A DNA stretch of 64,000 nucleotides, from positions 14,271-78,270 of the forward strand of contig JAHYJR010000001.1 in assembly GCA_019429005.1 (NCBI GenBank), written 5' to 3'. Shown here in pieces: positions 18,038 through 27,031 of the stretch; position 1 is the stretch's first letter, and every line of letters begins with the position of its first letter. This DNA comes from Nanobdellati archaeon. Its GTDB lineage: Archaea; EX4484-52; GLR71. The translations under genes and the position numbers were made by a program. The notes under the pieces are model-generated. The model was not told the origin of the DNA and made no database searches. It saw only the letters and a list, made by a program, of their open reading frames with translations.

Positions 18038-18475
18038 TTAAATTGTCTCAATACTGAACTTTCTCTCAAGCTCACGTACCATAGATTCTACATCCCCTCT
18101 GATACCTATAAGATGACTTACAATTCTATCTTTTTCGGCATCGAGATCTTCTGCTTTCAAAAATTTATCTGTAGCTCTCTGAAAATCATCCATTTCAATC
18201 ATAGAATATCTACTAGTTGCCATTTCTTCCGAAACTTTCTTTATCATTTCACCAAGAAACAGATTCATAGCAATCTTCACTTTTGAACTAATCATTTTAT
18301 CAGGCATATTCTTTTTCATTAGTCTTACAACTGTTGCCATAGGTAACGGATATTTACCATCATCTTCAGAAACGTCAGCAACATCTGAAAAATTTTCATC
18401 AAAATTTTCTTCTGTATCTGCCACATCATCAGTAATAATCTCAATATTACTTTCTTCAATATCTTCTTGTGTCAT
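18038..18475 (-). CDS. Histone-fold protein (archaeal histone / NF-YB-like) with an acidic N-terminal tail and a C-terminal extension
   Basis: Central region YPLPMATVVRLMKKNMPDKMISSKVKIAMNLFLGEMIKKVSEEMATSRYSMIEMDDFQRA fits the histone fold (LP.A.v.RimK...ris.dA...l......f...i...A...A.h..RkTi...D). Flanked by a D/E-rich N-terminal tail of about 45 aa. ATG at 18475 (ORF-track start is GTG at 18484). Confidence 0.6.
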   Translation of the reverse strand: MTQEDIEESNIEIITDDVADTEENFDENFSDVADVSEDDGKYPLPMATVVRLMKKNMPDKMISSKVKIAMNLFLGEMIKKVSEEMATSRYSMIEMDDFQRATDKFLKAEDLDAEKDRIVSHLIGIRGDVESMVRELERKFSIETI

Positions 18476-18676
18476 TTTTAGCACCTCATAAAAATTAATA
18501 ATATAATAATATTATCTTCCCAAAATCATCAAAAATTTAGACTAAAAATCAAATATATGATTTTCAAAACATATAATTAATTTTAGATAGCTATTTTTAT
18601 ATACTTTTATATTATAATAGATAAAATAATATATTAAGATTATCTAATTGTATAGGATTAACCACAAAACAATTAA

Positions 18677-19120
18677 ATGATAACAAATAATATTCAAATG
18701 GTGATAATAATGGGTATACTTGGTATAACTTATGATAAAATAATGGCTGAAAGAACTGGTGTCAAAAACCAGAAAATAAGTGTTAACACAACATCGTTAA
18801 TAAAAGATATAACAAAAGTAACGTTAAATGCATTTGAAAAAACAGTAGAATCATTAAATGTTAAATTTGAATTAAAAAGTGAATTCAAACCTAAAATTGG
18901 ATTTGTTGAGATAACAGGTACAATAATATATACTGTAAAAAATACAGATGATTTAATTAAACAATGGAAGAAAAATAAAACAATGTCTGAAGAAAACCGA
19001 GTTGAACTTACAAACTATATTTTCAGAAATGCACTTCCAAAAGCATTAATGCTTACAGATTTAATGCAACTACCACCTGTGGTTGACATACCTCAAGCAG
19101 TTGCAAAACAGAATAAATGA
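18677..19120 (+). CDS. Hypothetical protein
   Basis: 147-aa ORF with a hydrophobic N-terminus; no recognisable domain. Confidence 0.3.
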   Translation: MITNNIQMVIIMGILGITYDKIMAERTGVKNQKISVNTTSLIKDITKVTLNAFEKTVESLNVKFELKSEFKPKIGFVEITGTIIYTVKNTDDLIKQWKKNKTMSEENRVELTNYIFRNALPKALMLTDLMQLPPVVDIPQAVAKQNK

Positions 19121-19140
19121 TATCTTTAAGATATCATATT

Positions 19141-20070
19141 TTACTTTTTGTCTTTATTTTTTAATTGCTTATTACTGATAAACTCAATCAAATTTGTTCT
19201 TCCTCGTGGCACTTTACGAATTAAGCCGCGCTCACCAAGATCTCGTATAATGCGACTAACACGAGCTTTTGAGAAATCCGTTTCCTTAACAATTTTCCTC
19301 TGTATACAACTGCCACCACTTGACATAATAATATCAAGAACAGATTTTTCATCTTTTTTTAATACTGATAAAATAGTCTCAACTTTTGGTTTTGAAAAAA
19401 ACTTTAAAAAAATAAAATAGCTTATTATAATTATCAAAATCAAATAAATAAAAAGATTGTCTGACTCGGATAAAGATAAAGTCTCATAAGTAGCTTCAAA
19501 AGAATATGTTTTACCAAGACTCAAATCAAAAAGACTCCAATAAATATTAATATTACGACCCGTACTACCAATTGTACCATAACTCGGAAAATAAGGCACA
19601 ACATCACCAATCATTTCAACAAGACCCATACCATCTGGAAGTACAACAGATACAGATACACTATCTGTAGGACTCATAACACCTAAATTATAACTAAACA
19701 AAATTGCTTGCCCTTCAGTTTTCTGTAAATTAAATGCATCAAAATACAAATTTATTATATAACCATCAGACACATCCACATTTGGAACACAAACAATTTG
19801 AGTACCATATGAAAGCTGTTCCATAGTACAAGATACAGGACCACCAGAATCAAAAGCTTTAATATTACTTATTCTAGAACTCACAATATAGTAAACTTCG
19901 GTTGTTGTAATGTCACTAAAATTAAGCATAATTCCTAATTTAGCCGAAAAATCATCAAAAAGCTCAATTGAAACATCCTGAGAAGCAATCTGTGATGCAT
20001 TGACACCAGGTATAATTAGATAAATCAAAAATACAATAAAAACAAACAACATTTTAATATTTTTTGACAT
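19141..20070 (-). CDS. Membrane-anchored winged-helix (TrmB/MarR-like) DNA-binding protein with a large extracytoplasmic N-terminal domain
   Basis: N-terminal signal/anchor (NIKMLFVFIVFLIYLIIPGVNAS), an extracytoplasmic domain of about 200 aa, a TM helix (LFIYLILIIIISYFIFLKFF) and a cytoplasmic wHTH (SVLDIIMSSGGSCIQRKIVKETDFSKARVSRIIRDLGERGLIRKVPRGRTNLIEF). ATG at 20070 (ORF-track start is TTG at 20076). Confidence 0.55.
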   Translation of the reverse strand: MSKNIKMLFVFIVFLIYLIIPGVNASQIASQDVSIELFDDFSAKLGIMLNFSDITTTEVYYIVSSRISNIKAFDSGGPVSCTMEQLSYGTQIVCVPNVDVSDGYIINLYFDAFNLQKTEGQAILFSYNLGVMSPTDSVSVSVVLPDGMGLVEMIGDVVPYFPSYGTIGSTGRNINIYWSLFDLSLGKTYSFEATYETLSLSESDNLFIYLILIIIISYFIFLKFFSKPKVETILSVLKKDEKSVLDIIMSSGGSCIQRKIVKETDFSKARVSRIIRDLGERGLIRKVPRGRTNLIEFISNKQLKNKDKK

Positions 20071-20123
20071 AAACAATCAACCGATACTTAATATACCCTA
20101 TTTAAATTTAATACTAGATTAAG

Positions 20124-20561
20124 TTATTTAGATATTATAAAACCGCCTGCACCAGATGCCGCAAACTGATGCATCATTTCAGCCATAGCCAATAAAGAAT
20201 TTTGAGCATCTCTCATTGATAATATGATTTTTTCAGGTTCAAGAACTTCAAGTGCACTAGGTCCAAAAGAAATTGTAAGATGTACAAGCTCTTCAAAATT
20301 TTCTGCAAGAACAACAATTTCAAGAATCTGACTATACACTTCATTAATTCCCCTTTCACGAAGTTGTGGAATTGGCTCAGTTTTTTCTAGTGTACTAAAC
20401 GATTCTTCAATTACTTTAATATGTTTTGTCTTCTTTATTTTATCTAAATGCTTATTGAGTAATTCATTTGTAGATTTTTCAGTAATCCCTTGTGTCTCAA
20501 AAATAAGACCACATTTAATCCAACCCTCGGAAATAAGTAATTTTAACTCAGATTTATCCAT
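20124..20561 (-). CDS. Hypothetical cytoplasmic protein
   Basis: 145-aa ORF; no domain recognised with confidence. Confidence 0.3.
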   Translation of the reverse strand: MDKSELKLLISEGWIKCGLIFETQGITEKSTNELLNKHLDKIKKTKHIKVIEESFSTLEKTEPIPQLRERGINEVYSQILEIVVLAENFEELVHLTISFGPSALEVLEPEKIILSMRDAQNSLLAMAEMMHQFAASGAGGFIISK

Positions 20562-20906
20562 AAAAACGCCAATTTAAACTTTATTTTTAATTTTGAAACA
20601 AAAAAAATCCCGTTGAACATTTAAACTTGATAATGAACAATTGAAGATTTATATAAATTATTTTTATCTTCTAAAATATATAAAAAAATGCATAACAAAC
20701 GTTAAAAAGTCAAACATTTTAATAATTCGCACATTTTTACAAATAATATTTTACATAATATACCTAATTAATTTCAAAACAAAAGTATATAATTATATAA
20801 CTTATAAATTACAATAAAACTAATTATATTATTATGTATAAGTAACAAAAAGACAAAGATATATAAAGATTCATCAAACAATCATAAAATAAGCATAAAT
20901 TAGGGT

Positions 20907-21953
20907 ATGATAACTATGATACTTAAAAATAATAAGGATAATCAAAAAAAGACTATCTTTAAAGCCTTACTATTATCAACACTAATATACCTTTTAATTA
21001 TGGCGATAATGCCTATTGTTTCAGCTGAATACTCAAGCATTTCTTTAAACATATACCCTCTTGAGATATACACCGAAAATTTTGTAACAATATATGGTTA
21101 TGTAGGACCTGTTGAAGGAAAACAATACGTACATATGTATGTTGATACAGACTATATGGGTTTAGTAAAAGTAAACCAAGACGGATATTATACAAAAGAT
21201 ATAAGAATGTTTGATGACGGACGACATAAAATCACAGTCAGAATAAACAATGTTGAAAAATATGGTTATATACAAGTAATACAAGCACCACCTTACACTA
21301 TAAACACACAAAGAGATTGCACTATATGTGAAACAACAATAATATATGATAATACAGTCATAATATCTGACGAACCTAAAGAAAAAGAGCATAAATATGT
21401 AACAGTTGATGTAAGTACAAACGAAATAGATTTAAACAGATATGAAGGAAACACAATAATAATTAAAGTAACAAATAATCTTGGAGAAAATGAAATATTC
21501 TCAATAGAAACTGATTTTGATCAAAATATGCTTTTTCTCCCACATAAAGAAGTAATTGATGACAGCAAATCAAAATTATTCCATATATACTTCAATCCAC
21601 GAGATAAAGAAGGCAGATATTATGGAACAATCTATGTAAAACAAGACACTACAATAATAAGAGAAATACCAATCACATTGTTTGTAGCAAAAAACCCAAT
21701 AGATAATACAAATAAAAATACAATGTCTGGAATTTATGAAATTATAGGCTTATTATTATTAACAATCATTTTTTCGGCAATAATAATAACAACACTTATG
21801 AAAAACACACGAACAAGTCCAAAACCGTTAAGTTTAAACCATTTAAATATGGTAATGACACAACCAAAAAGTATTAACGCAACACCTAAAGCAATAAAAA
21901 AGGGAAACCTATATGAAAAATATTTTACAACATGGAATAATGTAAAATATTAA
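20907..21953 (+). CDS. Secreted/cell-surface protein with an N-terminal signal peptide and a C-terminal TM anchor
   Basis: Signal peptide ...IMAIMPIVSA|EYSS, beta-rich body, C-terminal TM IIGLLLLTIIFSAIIITTLM followed by a basic tail. Confidence 0.45.
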   Translation: MITMILKNNKDNQKKTIFKALLLSTLIYLLIMAIMPIVSAEYSSISLNIYPLEIYTENFVTIYGYVGPVEGKQYVHMYVDTDYMGLVKVNQDGYYTKDIRMFDDGRHKITVRINNVEKYGYIQVIQAPPYTINTQRDCTICETTIIYDNTVIISDEPKEKEHKYVTVDVSTNEIDLNRYEGNTIIIKVTNNLGENEIFSIETDFDQNMLFLPHKEVIDDSKSKLFHIYFNPRDKEGRYYGTIYVKQDTTIIREIPITLFVAKNPIDNTNKNTMSGIYEIIGLLLLTIIFSAIIITTLMKNTRTSPKPLSLNHLNMVMTQPKSINATPKAIKKGNLYEKYFTTWNNVKY

Positions 21954-22024
21954 AAAGATACATAACAAAAGATTAAATATTTACTCTGTATAAATGATAA
22001 ATAAGTTAAATTTGGTGGTAACAA

Positions 22025-24181
22025 ATGAAAAATACAATAAATAAAAATTATTTTTATGTTGTAAGCGCAATGCTGCTTGCAATATTTTTAATTTCTGGAA
22101 CAGTATCTGCTACAAATTATGCGGCAGATTTCACATTAGATGTGAATGCTTTAAGTTTATGTCCAACAGGATCATCTCAAGTAACAGGAATTATTAAAAA
22201 TCTTGGAACTGATGATGATACTTATACAATAACAAGTTCAAGCAACTGGATTATTATTGCACCAGATAAGCCAACAATAACAGCAGGAGCTAGGGAAAAT
22301 ATATATATGTATCTAAATCCGAAAATTGATGCAAACCCGGGCATATATACAATTACAATAAAAGTTCAACCAAAATCAGATATTAGTAGAACATACACAC
22401 AAGAAATAACATTAACAGTTATGAACTGCCATGGAGTTTCTATAACACCAAAAACATTTGAATACGAAGGTTGTGTCGGTGAAGACATAACACCAACATT
22501 TGAAATCACAAATACTGGTAAATCTGAAGAATCATTCATATTATGTACCGATAATAAAATTTGTTCTAACACAATCACAATAGATTCTGGTAAAACAAAA
22601 GACATGACACTTACAATACCATTAACTTCAAATTTTGAAGTTTTAGATACAACAGTACAATCAATAACTTCATATGCAAAAGATTCTGCAAAGATACAAC
22701 TTGAAGCTACAGCTGTATGTTATAGTGTTGCTGTATTAACAACACCTTTAGAAAAAACAGTATGTAAAGGCGATGTTGCACAATTTGATATAATAATCAA
22801 AAACATAGGTGGTAAAGAAGATTCATTCTTAATATCCCGCGATATCTACAGTACAATAGATAATGATAAACTATTTATCCTTTCAAAAGATACCGCAAAA
22901 ACACAAATATCAATACCAACAACAAATATGGATTTTGGAAAACATGAATTCGTTATTACATCAGAATCACAATCCAGCATAGACACATCAAAATCAATAA
23001 TAAATGTAGAAAATTGTTATACATCTGATGTTACAATTGAACCAACATCTGATGAAGTATGTCCTGGACGACCTTCAAGTTATATAATAAATATTGAAAA
23101 TACTGGAAAACGAACAGACACATATAAAATTAACACAGAATATGGTGAATTATCAAATAATCAAGTAAAACTAGAGGTAAACGATAATTTAAACACAATC
23201 TTAGTAGTAAATTCTGAAAAAACTGAAATTGGAACAAAAAACATAACAGTAGACATTATTTCAGAAAACACAGGAATAAAAACAAAAATAGTAACACAGA
23301 AACTAAAAGATTTAGATGAATGTTATGGTTTTAATGTTATACCAGAAACTCAAGTCCATACAATAAATGAATATAAGGGTGTATTATTTACAATAGATGT
23401 AAAAAACACAGGGTTATACCCAATTAATGTTCAAGCAACAGCAACAAAAGGTCATGATTTAATAAAGATTGATCCAATAGAAAGTCAAACAATAAGTATG
23501 GATGAGAACGGAATTGTATATATCTACATGAATGCTGAATATGGTACTGAAGATGGCACATATACAACAACAATTACATTAGTTAATGAATATGGCATAA
23601 AGAAAGAAGCTGAATTAAGTCTTGTACTTAATACAAATAGTATTACAGGAAATACAATTGCAACAAAAGATACAAAAACGTCTACAAATACAAAAGACAC
23701 TTCAGCAAAAACAGACATATCAGATACTAATAATGATTCGCCAGGAAAAATAAATTATTCAAACATTATAACTGCACTCTTAATCGGCATTATTATAATA
23801 CTTGTGATAATCTTTGGTCCTGACCTTCTAAAAGATGAAGAAGACGAAAAAGATAAAAAAACAAAAAAAAATGAAGATACAAAAGAAAAACCAATTGAAG
23901 TTAAAAAAGAAAAACCAATTGAAGTTAAAAAAGAAAAACCAAAAAGTAATAACACTGAAAAAGAGACTGTAAAAGAAAAAACAGTTACCACAAAAACAGT
24001 AACAGTAACAAAAGAAGCCCCTAAGAAAAAAGAACAAATTAAAAAGAAAAAAACTAAAAAACCCGAAAATAAAAATAAAGTTATAACTAAAACAGAAGTT
24101 GTAACTAAAGAAACAAAGGTAGAACCACCAAAAAAACCTTCTATAGATAAGGATATTCAAGATATCCTTGATAACATATAA
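22025..24181 (+). CDS. Large cell-surface protein with multiple CARDB/DUF11-like beta-sandwich repeats, a C-terminal TM anchor and a long K/E-rich cytoplasmic tail
   Basis: Signal peptide, then at least 5 repeats each carrying the CARDB-like strand motif (IIKNLGTDDDTY, ITNTGKSEESF, IKNIGGKEDSF, IENTGKRTDTY, VKNTGLYPINV) with conserved Cys pairs. TM LLIGIIIILVIIF, then a tail with repeated KEKPIEVKKEKP. Confidence 0.55.
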   Translation: MKNTINKNYFYVVSAMLLAIFLISGTVSATNYAADFTLDVNALSLCPTGSSQVTGIIKNLGTDDDTYTITSSSNWIIIAPDKPTITAGARENIYMYLNPKIDANPGIYTITIKVQPKSDISRTYTQEITLTVMNCHGVSITPKTFEYEGCVGEDITPTFEITNTGKSEESFILCTDNKICSNTITIDSGKTKDMTLTIPLTSNFEVLDTTVQSITSYAKDSAKIQLEATAVCYSVAVLTTPLEKTVCKGDVAQFDIIIKNIGGKEDSFLISRDIYSTIDNDKLFILSKDTAKTQISIPTTNMDFGKHEFVITSESQSSIDTSKSIINVENCYTSDVTIEPTSDEVCPGRPSSYIINIENTGKRTDTYKINTEYGELSNNQVKLEVNDNLNTILVVNSEKTEIGTKNITVDIISENTGIKTKIVTQKLKDLDECYGFNVIPETQVHTINEYKGVLFTIDVKNTGLYPINVQATATKGHDLIKIDPIESQTISMDENGIVYIYMNAEYGTEDGTYTTTITLVNEYGIKKEAELSLVLNTNSITGNTIATKDTKTSTNTKDTSAKTDISDTNNDSPGKINYSNIITALLIGIIIILVIIFGPDLLKDEEDEKDKKTKKNEDTKEKPIEVKKEKPIEVKKEKPKSNNTEKETVKEKTVTTKTVTVTKEAPKKKEQIKKKKTKKPENKNKVITKTEVVTKETKVEPPKKPSIDKDIQDILDNI

Positions 24182-24218
24182 AAAAACAATTAAAAAAATA
24201 ACAACCTCAATATAACAT

Positions 24219-24250
24219 AAGACCCCTTATGGGTCTTATTATTTTTTTCT
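24219..24250. terminator. Hairpin AAGACCCcttatGGGTCTT plus T-run between convergent genes
   Basis: Perfect 7-bp stem with a 5-nt loop followed by attatttttttct. Confidence 0.45.
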
Positions 24251-24274
24251 AAAACAAAACAATCAATAACATAC

Positions 24275-25237
24275 TCAATATGCTTTTGTACCTTCAACAG
24301 AAACAAGTGTTTTTGCATCAATATAATAATTATAATCAAAACGCAATATTAGATCTGATACTTGCATAGGCACAGCACCACCTGATGAGATAGGACATTC
24401 CATTGTGAAACTTGCACTTGTTTTCCCGGCTTGATTCTTAAAAAAATAAACCTCATCAGCCTTAAGACTGCCCGTATCACAATCAATACCTGCTATTTTC
24501 AAATCAAAATCTTGAAGTGCTTTAAAGAGTTCATTATCTAAAGTATAATCATCAATCTCACTACAATTCTTTATTAACGTGCCACCACCAACATCATACA
24601 GATTAAGTTTCAACACAATATTATCTTTATATACAAGGGGTTGTAAAGACGTTATCTCAAGTTTTATAGGACCTCTTGTCTGCTCAAGAACAATAGGCTG
24701 TTGTCTTATACCGCCATCTATCTGTTTAGATAGGTACTCTTCTTTAGAATACATCACAACTTTAGCATTTGCAATCGTACTATAACCATAACAAACACGA
24801 ACCATAGCATTAAAATCAAAAGACATATCTTTAGGTAATTCTTCAGGAGCTCTTAAAGGCCATGATATATAAACAGTATCTCCAGGAACCTTCATAACCT
24901 CATAAGGTGGTGATAGAGGATTTAAAATAATCTTAGAATCATCAGAAATCATATAATTCCTTGGTGAAACTATATTTGGTTCAGATATAGTCCAATCATT
25001 ACTCAAACCAAAAAGATATACATAAACATCTCCGGTCTTGACACTACCAGTATTCTCAAAGTTCAAAGACAGAACTGAAAGCTCGTTATCTTTAACGGCC
25101 GGCGGACTAAAATCTAATGAATTAAAAACAACACCATTGCCTAACCTGAAGACACCAACACCACTAGAATAAACACACCCTGACGTGAATAGTATAATTA
25201 ACATAGATATAAATATAAAAAAAGAATTAAAACGCAT
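24275..25237 (-). CDS. Secreted putative lipoprotein of an 'SGC'-lipobox two-CARDB-like-domain family (paralog 1)
   Basis: Signal peptide ending LFTSGC (lipobox-like), motifs LSLNFENTGS and LNLYDVGGGT, and the C-terminal YNYYIDA shared with 25328-26284 and 45888-46913. ATG at 25237 (ORF-track start is TTG). Confidence 0.5.
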   Translation of the reverse strand: MRFNSFFIFISMLIILFTSGCVYSSGVGVFRLGNGVVFNSLDFSPPAVKDNELSVLSLNFENTGSVKTGDVYVYLFGLSNDWTISEPNIVSPRNYMISDDSKIILNPLSPPYEVMKVPGDTVYISWPLRAPEELPKDMSFDFNAMVRVCYGYSTIANAKVVMYSKEEYLSKQIDGGIRQQPIVLEQTRGPIKLEITSLQPLVYKDNIVLKLNLYDVGGGTLIKNCSEIDDYTLDNELFKALQDFDLKIAGIDCDTGSLKADEVYFFKNQAGKTSASFTMECPISSGGAVPMQVSDLILRFDYNYYIDAKTLVSVEGTKAY

Positions 25238-25327
25238 ACACAATCACATCTATTTGGTTTACTTAGTATTTAAAGATTATAAGAAAAAAAAGAAAAGAAA
25301 AAGAGGATTAACCTCTTAAACTTTAAA

Positions 25328-26284
25328 CTAATCAATAGCTTTTACAGTAATTTCTGTAACAGCATCAACATAGTAATTATATGCCGCAGTTGCAACAATC
25401 TGATATGATGATTTAGGTACAGCTGAATTAAATGTAGTTGTACAATAAACAACAGCTTGTCCAGAACGCATTCTTGCGACAGCAGGTACACCTACACCCA
25501 AACCACAATCAATAGCTTCACCATCAACTTTTACAGTTAATGCTACTTGACCACGACTTGATGAATCAATGTTAACATTACAAGCATCAGTATTTTGAGT
25601 AACAAAACCATTGCCAACATCAGATACTGTAAATACAAGAGGTAATGTAGTTCCAGTAGCTCTAATTTTATCACCAGATTTAAGCTGTATCCTTATAGGT
25701 CCTGCACTATTCCTTGTTATTGCGGCACCAGGTGCAGCATCCCCTGAACTCTTATATTCTTCTTTTCCTGTTGATGTTAATGTACTCATAGTTGTTGTCT
25801 GATAGGGATAACACATCCTACCATTAAATGTATAAGATGGATTCATACCTTCTGGAGAATCCATAGGTTTCATAACAACTACAACTTCTTTTGCCATACC
25901 AGGTATACCCCTTTCAACATCTGGTGGATAAAACTCTGATGAAGTCATACTCCAAGTAACTAATTCCTTAGCATAATCTACGGTACCACCACTTGGAGAT
26001 GTAATAAGCCAACCCTTACTTCGATCAAGAACATTACTATCCATAGCAGGACCATATATCCATATAGACGTATCACCAGCCATGTTCTTAGCTCCAACAT
26101 TTTCAAAAACTAAGCTCAAAGCAACATCTTCATCTTCATATATACTCGGTACATCAAAAGCAAATTGATTTACTACAGCACCTTGACTTTCTGAAAAAGG
26201 TGAACCTCTACCAGTACATCCTGAAACCAGGAGCACTGCAAACACAACACTAAACAAAAATAGTTTTTTAATATTTTTAATCAT
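25328..26284 (-). CDS. Secreted putative lipoprotein, 'SGC'-lipobox family (paralog 2)
   Basis: Signal peptide ...VLLVSGC, LSLVFENVGAKN, FTVSDVGNGF, C-terminal AAYNYYVDA. By eye this gene is richer in G+C than its neighbours. Confidence 0.5.
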   Translation of the reverse strand: MIKNIKKLFLFSVVFAVLLVSGCTGRGSPFSESQGAVVNQFAFDVPSIYEDEDVALSLVFENVGAKNMAGDTSIWIYGPAMDSNVLDRSKGWLITSPSGGTVDYAKELVTWSMTSSEFYPPDVERGIPGMAKEVVVVMKPMDSPEGMNPSYTFNGRMCYPYQTTTMSTLTSTGKEEYKSSGDAAPGAAITRNSAGPIRIQLKSGDKIRATGTTLPLVFTVSDVGNGFVTQNTDACNVNIDSSSRGQVALTVKVDGEAIDCGLGVGVPAVARMRSGQAVVYCTTTFNSAVPKSSYQIVATAAYNYYVDAVTEITVKAID

Positions 26285-26428
26285 TAATAAAACACCTTAT
26301 TTTAAAATCTTGTTATACCTAAGTATTTATATTTTTTTATCATATATATAGTTTTTGGTTTTCAAAATACAACTTTACATTAAGAAACCTTTTTAAATAA
26401 AAGATTTCAAAAATAAATGTGATTAATA

Positions 26429-26596
26429 ATGGCCGTAAAAATAGAACTTGAAAATTGTATGCAATGTTATGCTTGTGAAAATGTATGTCCAAACAACACA
26501 ATCTCTGAAAGTGATAAGGGTCCTGTTGTAGATGAAAAAAAATGCACAGATTGTGGTGCTTGTAAAGATATCTGTCCTGCAAGCTGTATAATATAA
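26429..26596 (+). CDS. 2x[4Fe-4S] ferredoxin (55 aa)
   Basis: Below the ORF-track cutoff: MAVKIELENCMQCYACENVCPNNTISESDKGPVVDEKKCTDCGACKDICPASCII, with two canonical CxxCxxCxxxCP clusters. The ORF track shows only spurious minus-strand ORFs here. Confidence 0.65.
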   Translation: MAVKIELENCMQCYACENVCPNNTISESDKGPVVDEKKCTDCGACKDICPASCII

Positions 26597-26664
26597 AATA
26601 ACAACTAACATAATATAATATCACAATAGAAACAAGCTTATTTTATTTCTAATTAAATATTAAC

Positions 26665-26682
26665 AGTATCAGATATATACTA
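26665..26682 (+). promoter_or_regulatory. Candidate archaeal TATA box / BRE for the ATP synthase operon
   Basis: agatatatac lies about 23-30 nt upstream of the atpH ATG (26702), consistent with TATA at about -26 of a leaderless or short-leader transcript. Weak evidence, because the genome is AT-rich. Confidence 0.25.
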
Positions 26683-26701
26683 GTTTAACCTAATAATAAA
26701 T

Positions 26702-27031
26702 ATGCTTAATAAAAAAATTGAAAAAATAACTTTAACAGAAAAAAAACTCGAGAAAGAACTTTCAGAGTTTGAATTAAGCCTTAAATCAAAATTGAAAAAA
26801 GAAGAAATGGCAAATATTAAAAAAATAGAAGAATTTGAGCAATTCCTTGAAACTGAATTAGAAGATATAGATAAAGAAACACAAATAAAAATTAATTCTG
26901 AGAAAACAAAAATAACAAATGAACTTGAAAAAGAACTTGAAACGATAAGATCAAAAAGCTCAAACAAAAATGATGAAGCCATAAATAAATTTTCGGAGCT
27001 GATACTTGAATGCTTAAACCGTCAAGAATGA
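26702..27031 (+). CDS. atpH: A-type ATP synthase subunit H
   Basis: Small K/E-rich coiled-coil protein (109 aa) at the head of the H-I-K-E-C-F-A-B-D operon. Confidence 0.6.
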   Translation: MLNKKIEKITLTEKKLEKELSEFELSLKSKLKKEEMANIKKIEEFEQFLETELEDIDKETQIKINSEKTKITNELEKELETIRSKSSNKNDEAINKFSELILECLNRQE

